Assembly: GCA_964347305.1 (NCBI GenBank)
Contig: CAYFYC010000006.1
Location: 1-62,070 of the forward strand
Length of the DNA: 62,070 nt
Reading direction: 5' to 3'
From: an uncultured Acidimicrobiaceae bacterium
GTDB taxonomy: Bacteria; Actinomycetota; Acidimicrobiia; Spongiisociales; UBA5794
Each line of letters opens with the position of its first letter. The stretch's first letter is position 1. The notes below the pieces were generated by a model. The model searched no databases, had not been told where the DNA came from, and was given only the letters and a program-made list of their open reading frames with translations. Made by a program: the position numbers and the translations under genes. Shown here in pieces: positions 1 through 11,306 of this stretch.

Positions 1-233
1 TCGATGTCACCCGCCTCGACGGTCTCCAGCTCGGCGATGCGGAAGTAGAGCATGATCGCCTCTTTCACCCAGCCGTTGACGACCCACTCTCCGTCGCGGG
101 GCTCGGCGACCCTCACCAGGCCGCGGTCGAGGGCGGCGATCGTGTCGACTACTGCGTCACGGGCCTCGTCGATGAGGGCGAGATCCGCGTAGGCAGCCTC
201 GATCGCAGCGCGCTGGGCGGCGGTGATGGTCAT
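1..233 (-). CDS. dapD: Tetrahydrodipicolinate N-succinyltransferase, N-terminal part (gene continues off the left edge)
   Basis: Not in the ORF track because it is truncated. My translation from the minus-strand ATG at 233 gives MTITAAQRAAIEAAYADLALIDEARDAVVDTIAALDRGLVRVAEPRDGEWVVNGWVKEAIMLYFRIAELETVEAGD. This is colinear with the remembered E. coli-type DapD N-terminus ([34 protein letters not shown]). ATGA overlap with the upstream aminotransferase stop at 230-233. Confidence 0.75.
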   Translation of the reverse strand, partial: MTITAAQRAAIEAAYADLALIDEARDAVVDTIAALDRGLVRVAEPRDGEWVVNGWVKEAIMLYFRIAELETVEAGDI

Positions 234-1384
234 CGCAGCGCCCTCCTCAGGGCATCGGCGGCCGCTTCGCACTCGGCGAGCGTCGGGACGAGGGCGAGTC
301 TCAGGTGACCCTCGCCGCCCTCGCCGAAGAAGCGACCCGGGGACACGACGACACCGTGCTCGAGCAGACGATCCGTCGCCGCCATGTCGTCTTCGACCTC
401 CACCCAGACGTACAGACCGGCTCGCGACGCCACGACGCGCAGCCCGATATCGGCAAACGCCTTCGAGATGATGGCCCGCTTCTCTGCGAACACCTTGCGC
501 CGCTGAGCGGCGTGCTCATCGTCACCCCATGCGGCGACCGCAGCCCATTGCACGAACTCCGGAGATGCGGTGCCCGTGGCCGTGCGCAGCTTCTTCAAGG
601 CACCGATGATCTCGGGATCGCCGACCATCGCCCCGGAGCGATAGCCCGTCATGCCGGACCGCTTCGAGAGCGACAGGAACGAGAGGACACCGGGCGCCCC
701 CGGGCCCGCCGCCTGGAGCACGCTCGCCGGCCCGTCGGGGAATGCATCGTCCTCGTAGACGTCGAGATAGCACTCGTCGGCGAAGAACAGGGCGCCGGCA
801 GCTCGACTCCGTTCGACGTGCTCTGCGAGGTTCGCCGACGACATCACCGATCCGGCTGGATTGTGTGGGGAGCAGGACCAGACGATGCGGGCGCGCTCCC
901 ACACGTCGTCCGGCACCTGGCCGACGCGCTGCACGAAGTCGCCCTCGAGGACGACGGGGTGGATCTCGGCGCCGGCGAACAGCGCCCCACGCTCGTAGAT
1001 GGGGTAGCCCGGTGTCGGATAGACGACCGTGCGCTTCGCCGAGTTGCGGTCGATGAATGCCAGCGGCGTGTTGAATACGGCTTCTTTCGACCCCGATGTC
1101 GGCAGGACCTGTGTTTCCGGATCGACGGTGACGTCGAAGCGCCGCGCCAGGTATCCGGCGATGGCCTCACGCAGCTCGCGCAGGCCGGCCGTGAGGGGAT
1201 ACTGCGAAACGGCCGGTACCGCCTCGTGCAGCGCAGCCGGGATGAAGTCGGGCGTGGGCTCCCGGGGATCGCCGATCGAGAAGTCATACGTGGGGAGACC
1301 GGCCTCGACCCGGGCACGCGCTCGCTGGTGGACGAGCGCGATCGGGTACGAGCCGAGCTGCTCGAGGATCGGGTTGAGCTCCAT
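230..1384 (-). CDS. dapC: Class I/II PLP aminotransferase, probably N-succinyldiaminopimelate aminotransferase
   Basis: ORF 230..1423. PLP-lysine motif SLSKRSGMTGYRSG and aminotransferase class I features (NPAG, PTPGYP). Likely start is the internal ATG at 1384 (MELNPILEQLGSYP). Translationally coupled to dapD. Confidence 0.7.
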   Translation of the reverse strand: MELNPILEQLGSYPIALVHQRARARVEAGLPTYDFSIGDPREPTPDFIPAALHEAVPAVSQYPLTAGLRELREAIAGYLARRFDVTVDPETQVLPTSGSKEAVFNTPLAFIDRNSAKRTVVYPTPGYPIYERGALFAGAEIHPVVLEGDFVQRVGQVPDDVWERARIVWSCSPHNPAGSVMSSANLAEHVERSRAAGALFFADECYLDVYEDDAFPDGPASVLQAAGPGAPGVLSFLSLSKRSGMTGYRSGAMVGDPEIIGALKKLRTATGTASPEFVQWAAVAAWGDDEHAAQRRKVFAEKRAIISKAFADIGLRVVASRAGLYVWVEVEDDMAATDRLLEHGVVVSPGRFFGEGGEGHLRLALVPTLAECEAAADALRRALR

Positions 1385-1702
1385 CGCCGCAACGGTAGCG
1401 GGTGGGCCCCGGAGCGGATTCAAGGGGTCATGGAGAAGTGCAAGTCCGTGAACTTTCCGACTCCCCCTCCCCAGAGGCCCTCAGACGGGCCGAGGAGTCG
1501 CACCACGCCTGCCTATTGCATGCGCTACAGAGGACGGTGAGTGGCCTTCTTCGCCGCCGTGAGCCCTGGGGATCACATGATCGGCTGTCAGGTCAGCGAC
1601 ACCCGAGAGGGTACAACACCACAGGAGATGCCTTGTGCCCCAAACGGCTTCTAGGCGCCGCCTAATGGGTGTTGCGGATGGGGACCCCGTCGCCGCGCGG
1701 AC

Positions 1703-2662
1703 TCAGTCAGCGGACCGGGCATTGCGAAACTCGTCGATGGTCAGACCTGTCACGTCTGCAGCCGCAACGCCGTCAACGAGGCTGATCTTGATCATCAACG
1801 CCTCTGATTCCGACCACTGAGCGTACGAAACCGTCCCGATTGCCTCGCCAATGGGGTCCTCATGCGACGTCAACGCAATCTCGAGGTCTTCCCCAGGAAG
1901 CCCCGCAACAGTGTCGTCGGGCAACTTCACCCGTTGGGCCACACGAGCTGCTAGCGACGAGGAGACGCCCGTCGCGGACCTCACCACGACGATCAGTTCA
2001 TCCGACTCAGCCAACTCCGCTGGAATGTCGAAGAGGGCCCGTCGCGACTCGACTTGGGCCCATACATCTGGGGGCGCGGAGTCGTCTTGTAGTCCCCGCA
2101 GACGCGGGTCTGTGCCATGCCAGATCTCGTCGTAACTTGGACCATTGAACAAGTTGTCGATCGCAGCCATGGCTGGAGCGCGCGTTTCGGGCGGGTTGTA
2201 GGTCGCTATTGCGATCTCAGTTCCGAGTGTGAGGAACGCGTCAAGCCGGGACACGCCCAGGACAGTCGCTACGTGCTGTAGTTGCTCGTCGTACTCACTG
2301 GCCAGCTGACCTACGAAGCGCACGTCGTCACCCTCAACGACTCCCACCACGGCTGCCCACCAGTAGTACGTGTCTGAGGGTGTCGGCAGTACCCAAGCGA
2401 TCAGGTCTGATCCCGGCGGGATCTCCGAGGCGTCGATGTATTGGAGCGTCAGATCGAACTCCTCGCCGGCGGTTGGCAAGGGGTCGCCTTCTCTGTAGGC
2501 CTGGTTGGGTTTCAGGTTGCCGTTGCTGATGTTGTCAAACAGGACCTCGTCTGTTCTCACGCCGATGAGCTCGTACGCAATGCCGAGACCGGGCAACAAT
2601 CTCTGGTGTAGGGAACTGACCCCTTGAATAGCTTGGATGGCTCGTATCATGACTGTCATCAC
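1703..2662 (-). CDS. Hypothetical protein (319 aa), distant paralog of the 3136..4251 product, no signal peptide or TM segment
   Basis: Long ORF in the lower-G+C island. Shares a colinear motif block with the 371-aa protein (W-H-x-x-DP-x-x-R-x-L-x5-PPDV-x-A ... S-x-TG). No family motif recognised. Confidence 0.6.
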   Translation of the reverse strand: MMTVMIRAIQAIQGVSSLHQRLLPGLGIAYELIGVRTDEVLFDNISNGNLKPNQAYREGDPLPTAGEEFDLTLQYIDASEIPPGSDLIAWVLPTPSDTYYWWAAVVGVVEGDDVRFVGQLASEYDEQLQHVATVLGVSRLDAFLTLGTEIAIATYNPPETRAPAMAAIDNLFNGPSYDEIWHGTDPRLRGLQDDSAPPDVWAQVESRRALFDIPAELAESDELIVVVRSATGVSSSLAARVAQRVKLPDDTVAGLPGEDLEIALTSHEDPIGEAIGTVSYAQWSESEALMIKISLVDGVAAADVTGLTIDEFRNARSAD

Positions 2663-2720
2663 ATTTCACGACTCAGGCGGGGGGTTGAAGTGTCGATAGC
2701 GACTCCAGGGCGACGGCTAT

Positions 2721-3074
2721 ATGTATCAGAAGGTGCGCGTCGTCGACCCCGGCGTAACCCGCGTCCAGCTCTACAGCCGCAAGGAGGACTCGATAGCGAG
2801 CGGCACGATATCGCTCCTTCTAAAGGCTCGAGAAGTCCAGTATGGCGAGCTCGTCGACGGCGACTTCTGCTACGGGAACAGGTTCATCAACGAATGGGAT
2901 CTGAACGGTGATGTGCACGCAATCACGTATGTTCCGAGTTCGGGGACGTTCGTCACAGAGAAAACAAAGGTCATCACGCCGACGACATCCTGGGTGTTGA
3001 AGTCGCAGGGGACTGGGACGACGGTAACGACTGGGATGCCTATGACCTTCAGGTCTGGGTCGAGAACGATCTGA
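2721..3074 (+). CDS. Hypothetical small protein (117 aa)
   Basis: By hand count, roughly three quarters of third codon positions in this frame are G/C although the region is A/T-richer overall. The competing antisense ORF 2870..3130 was not checked for third-position bias. It lies directly upstream of, and co-oriented with, the 371-aa gene. Confidence 0.5.
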   Translation: MYQKVRVVDPGVTRVQLYSRKEDSIASGTISLLLKAREVQYGELVDGDFCYGNRFINEWDLNGDVHAITYVPSSGTFVTEKTKVITPTTSWVLKSQGTGTTVTTGMPMTFRSGSRTI

Positions 3075-3135
3075 CCTACTTCGGAACCGACCCAGCGGAC
3101 GTCGACGTCGATCGGGTAAGGGGGAAGCACGTACC

Positions 3136-4251
3136 ATGAGTGTTCGTAAACGCCTAGCCACTATTGCTGCGGTGGTCGCGGTCGGCGCTGCCGCTGGCGG
3201 CATCTATGGCCTTGCCAATCGGGCTGCGCCTGTCGATATCGATGCCCCCCTGGTCACCGTCGACAAGCGGGTCCTCGCATCCGACCTGATCGTCTCAGTC
3301 CAGGACATCGAGGACGCCGGGAGCGTCTTCGTCGAGAGCGCCAACCGAACGGTCGAATCCTGGTCAGTCCTCGTGACTGCACAACATCACGACCGAAGGG
3401 GATTGAACGTTGCAGTTGGAGACCGGATCGTTGTCGGAGCCGAGACAAACAGTCATGGCGAACGGCAGCACTTGTTGGAATCCGGGGATGGGCCCTACTT
3501 GCTTGGACTGTTGTACGTGCCCTTGGAGGACTCAAACGGATACCAGTCAGAGTGGGTCATGAGATTCGTTGCGACTGGCGCTCCCGGCGAGACCGTGAGC
3601 ATCTTGCACGCTACAAACGGCGATCGATGGACAACGCAACTAGCAGGTGTAGCCGCCGCATCGGGTCGCGCTGGCGACGCTCAGTTCCTGTCCGACTGGG
3701 CGGCCGAAGCAGACGAGGGTCCGGCCAACGGTCCGATCCAGACCGCCTTCGACGAGCTTCGCTCCTCTCCACAAGACCCGTGGCGCGGGTGGCACGACCT
3801 CGATCCAGACGCTCGCGCATTGGACCCCGAACTCACCCCACCGGATGTGCTTGCTGACCTCGAGAACGTGCAGATCCTCGTGGATATCGAGGACAGCGGT
3901 AGACCAGATCAATTCCTCGTCATTACGTCGCCAACCGGCATCGTGTACGCAGCTGCCTTGGACGCAGGCAACCACACAGTGACGGTGCTCACAGCTCCCG
4001 GTGATGATTGGACGGCATTCGTCACTGACAAGGTCATCGATGGCTTCCGGTTCTCGTCTTCGTCGTTCGACGGCGCCGCCATCGACGCTATCCGTCTCGA
4101 TAACGACCGTGTCTACGTCAATGTGAGGCCCGGTTCAGGACGCGCTGAGGTCTCGACAGACGCGATGAGTCGAGGCGACGCCGCTAACTTGCTTGCGCAA
4201 TGGGCCGCCGATGACGATGCCGAGGAGACGACGAACCCGGACGAAGGCTGA
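3136..4251 (+). CDS. Hypothetical membrane-anchored protein (371 aa)
   Basis: N-terminal hydrophobic anchor LATIAAVVAVGAAAGGIYGL after a basic MSVRKR. A purine-rich stretch (aaggggga) lies upstream of the ATG. Central block is paralogous to the 319-aa protein. Acidic C-terminal tail. Confidence 0.65.
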   Translation: MSVRKRLATIAAVVAVGAAAGGIYGLANRAAPVDIDAPLVTVDKRVLASDLIVSVQDIEDAGSVFVESANRTVESWSVLVTAQHHDRRGLNVAVGDRIVVGAETNSHGERQHLLESGDGPYLLGLLYVPLEDSNGYQSEWVMRFVATGAPGETVSILHATNGDRWTTQLAGVAAASGRAGDAQFLSDWAAEADEGPANGPIQTAFDELRSSPQDPWRGWHDLDPDARALDPELTPPDVLADLENVQILVDIEDSGRPDQFLVITSPTGIVYAAALDAGNHTVTVLTAPGDDWTAFVTDKVIDGFRFSSSSFDGAAIDAIRLDNDRVYVNVRPGSGRAEVSTDAMSRGDAANLLAQWAADDDAEETTNPDEG

Positions 4252-4895
4252 GAAGCGACTCGCCGCGCGGCGGACTCCCATGTTGCGTGGGCCCGGGTCC
4301 CACAGTCAGGAGCGCTTAGGCGATGCACCAGGCCGCGCAGGTTGCCAGGTTTCGCGACATTCGGACATGGCCATGAGTTCCCGTCGTCGGTTGTGATCCA
4401 CGTGCGGCCCCCGCAGCCGTCGTCGTCGGGACCGCAGGGCATGTGGTTTGGTGAGGCGCGGGTTCTGGTTGTGGCCCATTCGCCGGCGAAGGATGGGAGT
4501 CCGTTCGGGGAGTAGCAGCCTTTGTCGATGGCCCATGGCACGAACTCGATGAGGATCACGTCGAGGGGTTCCATGAGGCGCACCATGACGTTGATGGCTG
4601 CGGCCTGGTGGCCGTTGAGGAACGACGGGTCAGGTTCGATGTTCTGCGTATCAGCGAACGCGGTGAGGAGCTGTCGGGCGGCTTCGGCTGCTGGTGGATC
4701 TGGATTCGATTCTTCGCGCGCGCCCGTAGAGCGAGCGTCAGCGAGCTCTAGCGGGTCGGGTCGGGCCGGGGCAGCGTTACCAACGGGGTGACTAACGGCG
4801 TTACGTGACGCGTTAGTAACGGCGCTACTAACGGGGTCGTCACGCGTTACGTCGGTGTTGGTGACGGCGTTACGTGTTTGCGGTTCTGGCGCCAT
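4113..4895 (-). pseudogene. Cys-containing hypothetical ORF of mobile-element origin, ends uncertain, possibly disrupted
   Basis: Strong third-position G/C bias only across about 4330-4700 (QLLTAFADTQNIEPDPSFLNGHQAAAINVMVRLMEPLDVILIEFVPWAIDKGCYSPNG...CGPDDDGCGGRTWITTDDGNSWPCPNV). The 5' part is the repeat block with weak coding bias. The 3' part runs about 140 nt into the convergent 371-aa gene with weaker bias. Confidence 0.3.
4772..4876. repeat. Iteron-like cluster of CGTTAC / GTAACG / TAACGG motifs with two 15-nt near-identical direct repeats
   Basis: TAACGGCGTTACGTG at 4793-4807 and TGACGGCGTTACGTG at 4862-4876 match at 14 of 15 positions. CGTTAC occurs at 4775, 4799, 4845 and 4868. TAACGG occurs at 4793, 4817 and 4829. 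Short palindromes TAACGgCGTTA and CGTTAgTAACG are present. Confidence 0.7.
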
Positions 4896-5148
4896 GTCTC
4901 TTGGCTTTGCGGGTGGCTTCTCGGTCGGCGAGGACTCGTTCGCGTGACGGCTTGTACTCGAGGTAGTTGGTGATGGACCATCCGCCGTCTTCAGCGTTGA
5001 GGCCCCAGAGGCCGACTTTGACGAGCTCGGCGGCCCAGTCGGCGACGTTCTCGATGGCTTCGCCTGGCATGAGCTGCGCAGCGACGATGAGGGATGGGAT
5101 GTGCCCGTCGGTGAGTTGCCCTGAGTAGGTGAGGCCAGCGACGTACAT
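4870..5148 (-). CDS. Prophage/plasmid-associated protein fragment (92 aa), N-terminally truncated
   Basis: MYVAGLTYSGQLTDGHIPSLIV...ELVKVGLWGLNAEDGGWSITNYLEYKPSRERVLADREATRKAKR resembles proteins I recall from actinobacterial prophages and integrated elements (LTDG-x-P ... GLW ... GG-x-x-I-x-x-Y/W-L-x-YQPSRE followed by a basic tail). About 30-40 N-terminal residues of that family are absent. The upstream in-frame extension (to 5676) is antisense to the neighbouring core gene. Confidence 0.45.
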   Translation of the reverse strand: MYVAGLTYSGQLTDGHIPSLIVAAQLMPGEAIENVADWAAELVKVGLWGLNAEDGGWSITNYLEYKPSRERVLADREATRKAKRHGARTANT

Positions 5149-5169
5149 GCATCGGGCCGGGTATGAGCG

Positions 5170-8483
<3,314 letters not shown>

Positions 8484-8487
<4 letters not shown>

Positions 8488-9065
8488 GCCGTCTCCTCGA
8501 GAGCGGCGAGCACCGCTGCGCCCCGTGGTGAGATGCGGTAGCCGACTCGCAGGCTCTCGGTCAGACCGATGTCCTTGAGTCGCCGCACCCGCCGCTTGAA
8601 GTCCTGCGTCTCCAGCCCGACCCGGCCGGCCAGCTCGGGGGCCGCCACCCCGGGGCTCGATGCGATCGTCGCCAGCACGGTTCCCGTCCACGGTCCGTCC
8701 GGGGCGCGACGATCCATGCGTTCGAGCCGGGTCACCAGCTGATCCAACTCCTCCCCGACCGGCACGAGCTCGCGAAGCGCGATGCGGGGGTCGGGACCGA
8801 TGAATCGGAAGTCGACACGCCACACCTCTTCGTCGTCACCGAGCCCGAGCCGTTTGCGCAGCGCATCGAGGTCGGTCCCCGCCGCGGCGGCATCGTCCTC
8901 GCCGATGTCGCCGACTCGGACCCGTTCCACAGCGTCGACGTGGATGATCCCGGGCACGACGTGGTAGTCGCGACCGGGGACCACGCGGCGGCTCGACCAG
9001 GTGCGGAACGTCACGGTGATCGTTCCGTCGGCGATCCCCTGCCACGCCTCTCGGGTGAAGAGCAT
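8484..9065 (-). CDS. ASCH-domain protein with C-terminal winged-helix DNA-binding domain
   Basis: MLFTREAWQGIADGTITVTFRTWSSRRVVPG looks like an ASCH N-terminus. The C-terminus APELAGRVGLETQDFKRRVRRLKDIGLTESLRVGYRISPRG is wHTH-like. Start at ATG 9065, 4 nt after the mnmA stop. Confidence 0.55.
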
Positions 9066-9069
9066 CGCC

Positions 9070-10134
9070 TCAGACCCGGAAGGTCGATGTGATCGTGCCG
9101 CCGCCCACGACGTCGCCGCCGCGGTAGAGCACCGCCGCCTGACCCGGTGCGACGGGGCCGAACGGCTGGTCGAACCGCACGATCCAGCCCCCGTCGTCGT
9201 CGAGACGACCCCGAACCGGTTCACCCCGGTACCTCACCATGACCTCGACGTCCGGGTCCGCAGGCGCCTCGTCGTCGACGAAGGACACCTCATCCAGCCG
9301 GATACCGTCGACCAACAGGTCGGTCCGGCGGCCGACGACGACCGTTGCCGTGTCCGGCCGGACCCCCACCACGTACCGTGGCTCTCCGAGCGCGACGCCG
9401 AGACCCCGGCGCTGGCCGACCGTGAAATCGACGATCCCCTCGTGGGTTCCGAGCGACCGACCCTCCATGTCCACGACGGGTCCGGCCGCCGCCACCTCGG
9501 GGAAATGCGACCGGAGAAAGCCCCGATAGTCGCCGTCCCCCACGAAGCAGATGTCCTGGCTGTCCGGCTTTGCCGCGGTGCGCAAGCCGAGGCGACGAGC
9601 GTGGTCGCGTACGGCCGTCTTGTGGAGCTCGCCGATCGGGAGACGGACACGAGCGAGCTGCCGCTGACCGAGCATGTGCAAAACGTACGACTGGTCCTTG
9701 CTCGGGTCCACCCCGCGCTGTAGCCGCCAGCGTCCGGCGACCTGGGCGACACGGGCGTAATGACCGGTGACGAGCACGTCACAGCCGAGCTCGTCGACAC
9801 GATCGAGCAGGACGTTGAACCGGACCCGCCGGTTGCAGTCGATGCACGGATTGGGGGTCAGACCGACTGCGTAGTCGGCGCCGAAGCGCTGCACGACGCG
9901 CTCGGTGAAGTCGTCGACGTGATCGAGCACGTAATACGGGACGTCCAGTTGTGCAGCCACACGCCGGGCATCCTCGGCGTCGGCGAGCGTGCAACAGCCC
10001 GCCGTCGGCAGCGCTCCGCCGGGGCCCTCCCACTGCTTCAGCGTCACGCCGACGACCTCGTGCCCCGCTTCGAGCATGAGCGCAGCCGCAACCGACGAGT
10101 CGACCCCGCCCGACATGGCGACGAGCGCCCTCAC
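9070..10134 (-). CDS. mnmA: tRNA-specific 2-thiouridylase
   Basis: PP-loop VAMSGGVDSSVAA, catalytic Cys context (NPCIDCN), D-x-x-KDQSY motif. GTG start at 10134 overlaps the cysteine desulfurase stop (GTGA). Confidence 0.9.
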   Translation of the reverse strand: MRALVAMSGGVDSSVAAALMLEAGHEVVGVTLKQWEGPGGALPTAGCCTLADAEDARRVAAQLDVPYYVLDHVDDFTERVVQRFGADYAVGLTPNPCIDCNRRVRFNVLLDRVDELGCDVLVTGHYARVAQVAGRWRLQRGVDPSKDQSYVLHMLGQRQLARVRLPIGELHKTAVRDHARRLGLRTAAKPDSQDICFVGDGDYRGFLRSHFPEVAAAGPVVDMEGRSLGTHEGIVDFTVGQRRGLGVALGEPRYVVGVRPDTATVVVGRRTDLLVDGIRLDEVSFVDDEAPADPDVEVMVRYRGEPVRGRLDDDGGWIVRFDQPFGPVAPGQAAVLYRGGDVVGGGTITSTFRV

Positions 10135-11270
10135 GTCAGCGCTCGCACGGTGTCGACGACGATGGCGGCGGCCTTGTCCACCTCGGCCTCGGTGGTCGAC
10201 CAGCCGAAGGAGAAGCGAACGCACTCCGCGGCGGCCTCCTCGCCGTATCCCATGGCAGCGAGGACGTGGGAGACGTCGATGGCGCCGCTCTGACAAGCCG
10301 AGCCCGCCGCGGCGGCGACGCCGGCCTGATCGAGACGGATGAGGAGCGTCTCACTGGCGACGCCGACGATCCGGAGATGGCTGTGTTGAGGGAGCCGGGC
10401 CGCGACGGGAGCGTTGACCTCGATGTCGAGCGATCCTGCCCGCAGCGCCTCTTCGAAGCGGTCACGCAGCCGGCCGATGCGACGGGCCGCATCGGCGCGA
10501 TCGGCGACGGTCACCTCCATCGCAGCCACCATGCCGACGATGCCGGCCACGTTCTGGGTGCCGGAGCGACGGCCGAGCTCCTGACCTCCGCCGTGGAGCA
10601 CGGGTTCCAGCTCGACGCCGTTCCGCACGTACAGCAGCCCGACACCCTTGGGACCGCCGAACTTGTGTGCTGCGAGCGACAGGAGGTCGCAGGCCGTTCC
10701 TGCAACCGTCACGTCACACGTGAGGAACGCCTGCACTGCATCCGAGTGCATGAGCACCTCGCTGCGGCGAGCCCGGACTGCAGCGGCGACGTCGGCGACG
10801 GGCTGGATGACACCCGTCTCGTTGTTGGCATACATGACAGATGCGATCGTCGTGGTGTCGTCCACGGCAGCGGCGACCTCGGCGGGCTCGACCCGCCCGA
10901 AGCCATCCACGCCGACGATCGCAACACGACCACCGAGGCGGCCCACGAAGTGGGCCGCCTCGAGCACGGCCTCGTGCTCCGTGGCGACGGTCACCACTCC
11001 GCCGACCGTTTCGCCGGCGAGCGCGCTGCCTGCGACGGCGAGGTTGTCGGCCTCCGTTCCGCCACCCGTGAACACGATCTCGAAGGGACGTGCCGCACCG
11101 AGGAACTCGGCGGCCCGTTCCCGCGCCTCTTCGAGGGCGTTCTTGGCGCGACGCGATACGGCATGGAGGCCCGAGGGATTGCCGTAGGCGTCGTCCAGGA
11201 ACGGCGCCATCGCCTCTCGCACTTCGGGACGCACCGTGGTGGTGGCCGCATGGTCGAGATAGATCGTCAT
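10131..11270 (-). CDS. iscS: Cysteine desulfurase (NifS/IscS family)
   Basis: MTIYLDHAATTTVRPEV, PLP-lysine context SLAAHKFGGPKGVG, active-site Cys in SAGSACQSG. Start at ATG 11270. The upstream part of track ORF 10131..12401 is antisense to the dehydrogenase gene and was rejected. Confidence 0.9.
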   Translation of the reverse strand: MTIYLDHAATTTVRPEVREAMAPFLDDAYGNPSGLHAVSRRAKNALEEARERAAEFLGAARPFEIVFTGGGTEADNLAVAGSALAGETVGGVVTVATEHEAVLEAAHFVGRLGGRVAIVGVDGFGRVEPAEVAAAVDDTTTIASVMYANNETGVIQPVADVAAAVRARRSEVLMHSDAVQAFLTCDVTVAGTACDLLSLAAHKFGGPKGVGLLYVRNGVELEPVLHGGGQELGRRSGTQNVAGIVGMVAAMEVTVADRADAARRIGRLRDRFEEALRAGSLDIEVNAPVAARLPQHSHLRIVGVASETLLIRLDQAGVAAAAGSACQSGAIDVSHVLAAMGYGEEAAAECVRFSFGWSTTEAEVDKAAAIVVDTVRALT

Positions 11271-11306
11271 CGTCGGGATCGATTCTCGCAGCCCGCCGCC
11301 ACCACC

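Larger units (their letters stand above)
1703..5148. mobile_element. Putative decayed integrated element or genomic island (orphan cargo plus prophage/plasmid-type remnant); borders approximate
   Basis: Visibly lower G+C than the flanks. Only orphan ORFs, an iteron-like repeat block at 4772-4876, and a 5'-truncated prophage-type gene abutting the core gene at 5170. No integrase, tRNA or flanking direct repeat recognised. Confidence 0.35.

Noticed and set aside
1424-1702. Possible tRNA, tmRNA, RNase P, SRP RNA or lysine riboswitch at the island border
   Set aside because: I checked both strands by eye. There is no GTTCGAATC-type T-arm with a matching acceptor stem and CCA context, no GGAAAGTCCGGGC RNase P box, no SRP GGAA tetraloop helix, and no L-box-like core. 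Without a covariance-model scan I cannot call any RNA gene.
2870-3130. 86-aa minus-strand ORF competing with the 117-aa plus ORF
   Set aside because: The plus frame shows the organism-typical G/C enrichment at third codon positions and sits in an operon-like position before the 371-aa gene. The minus ORF was not evaluated in the same way and was kept as the less likely alternative, with low certainty.
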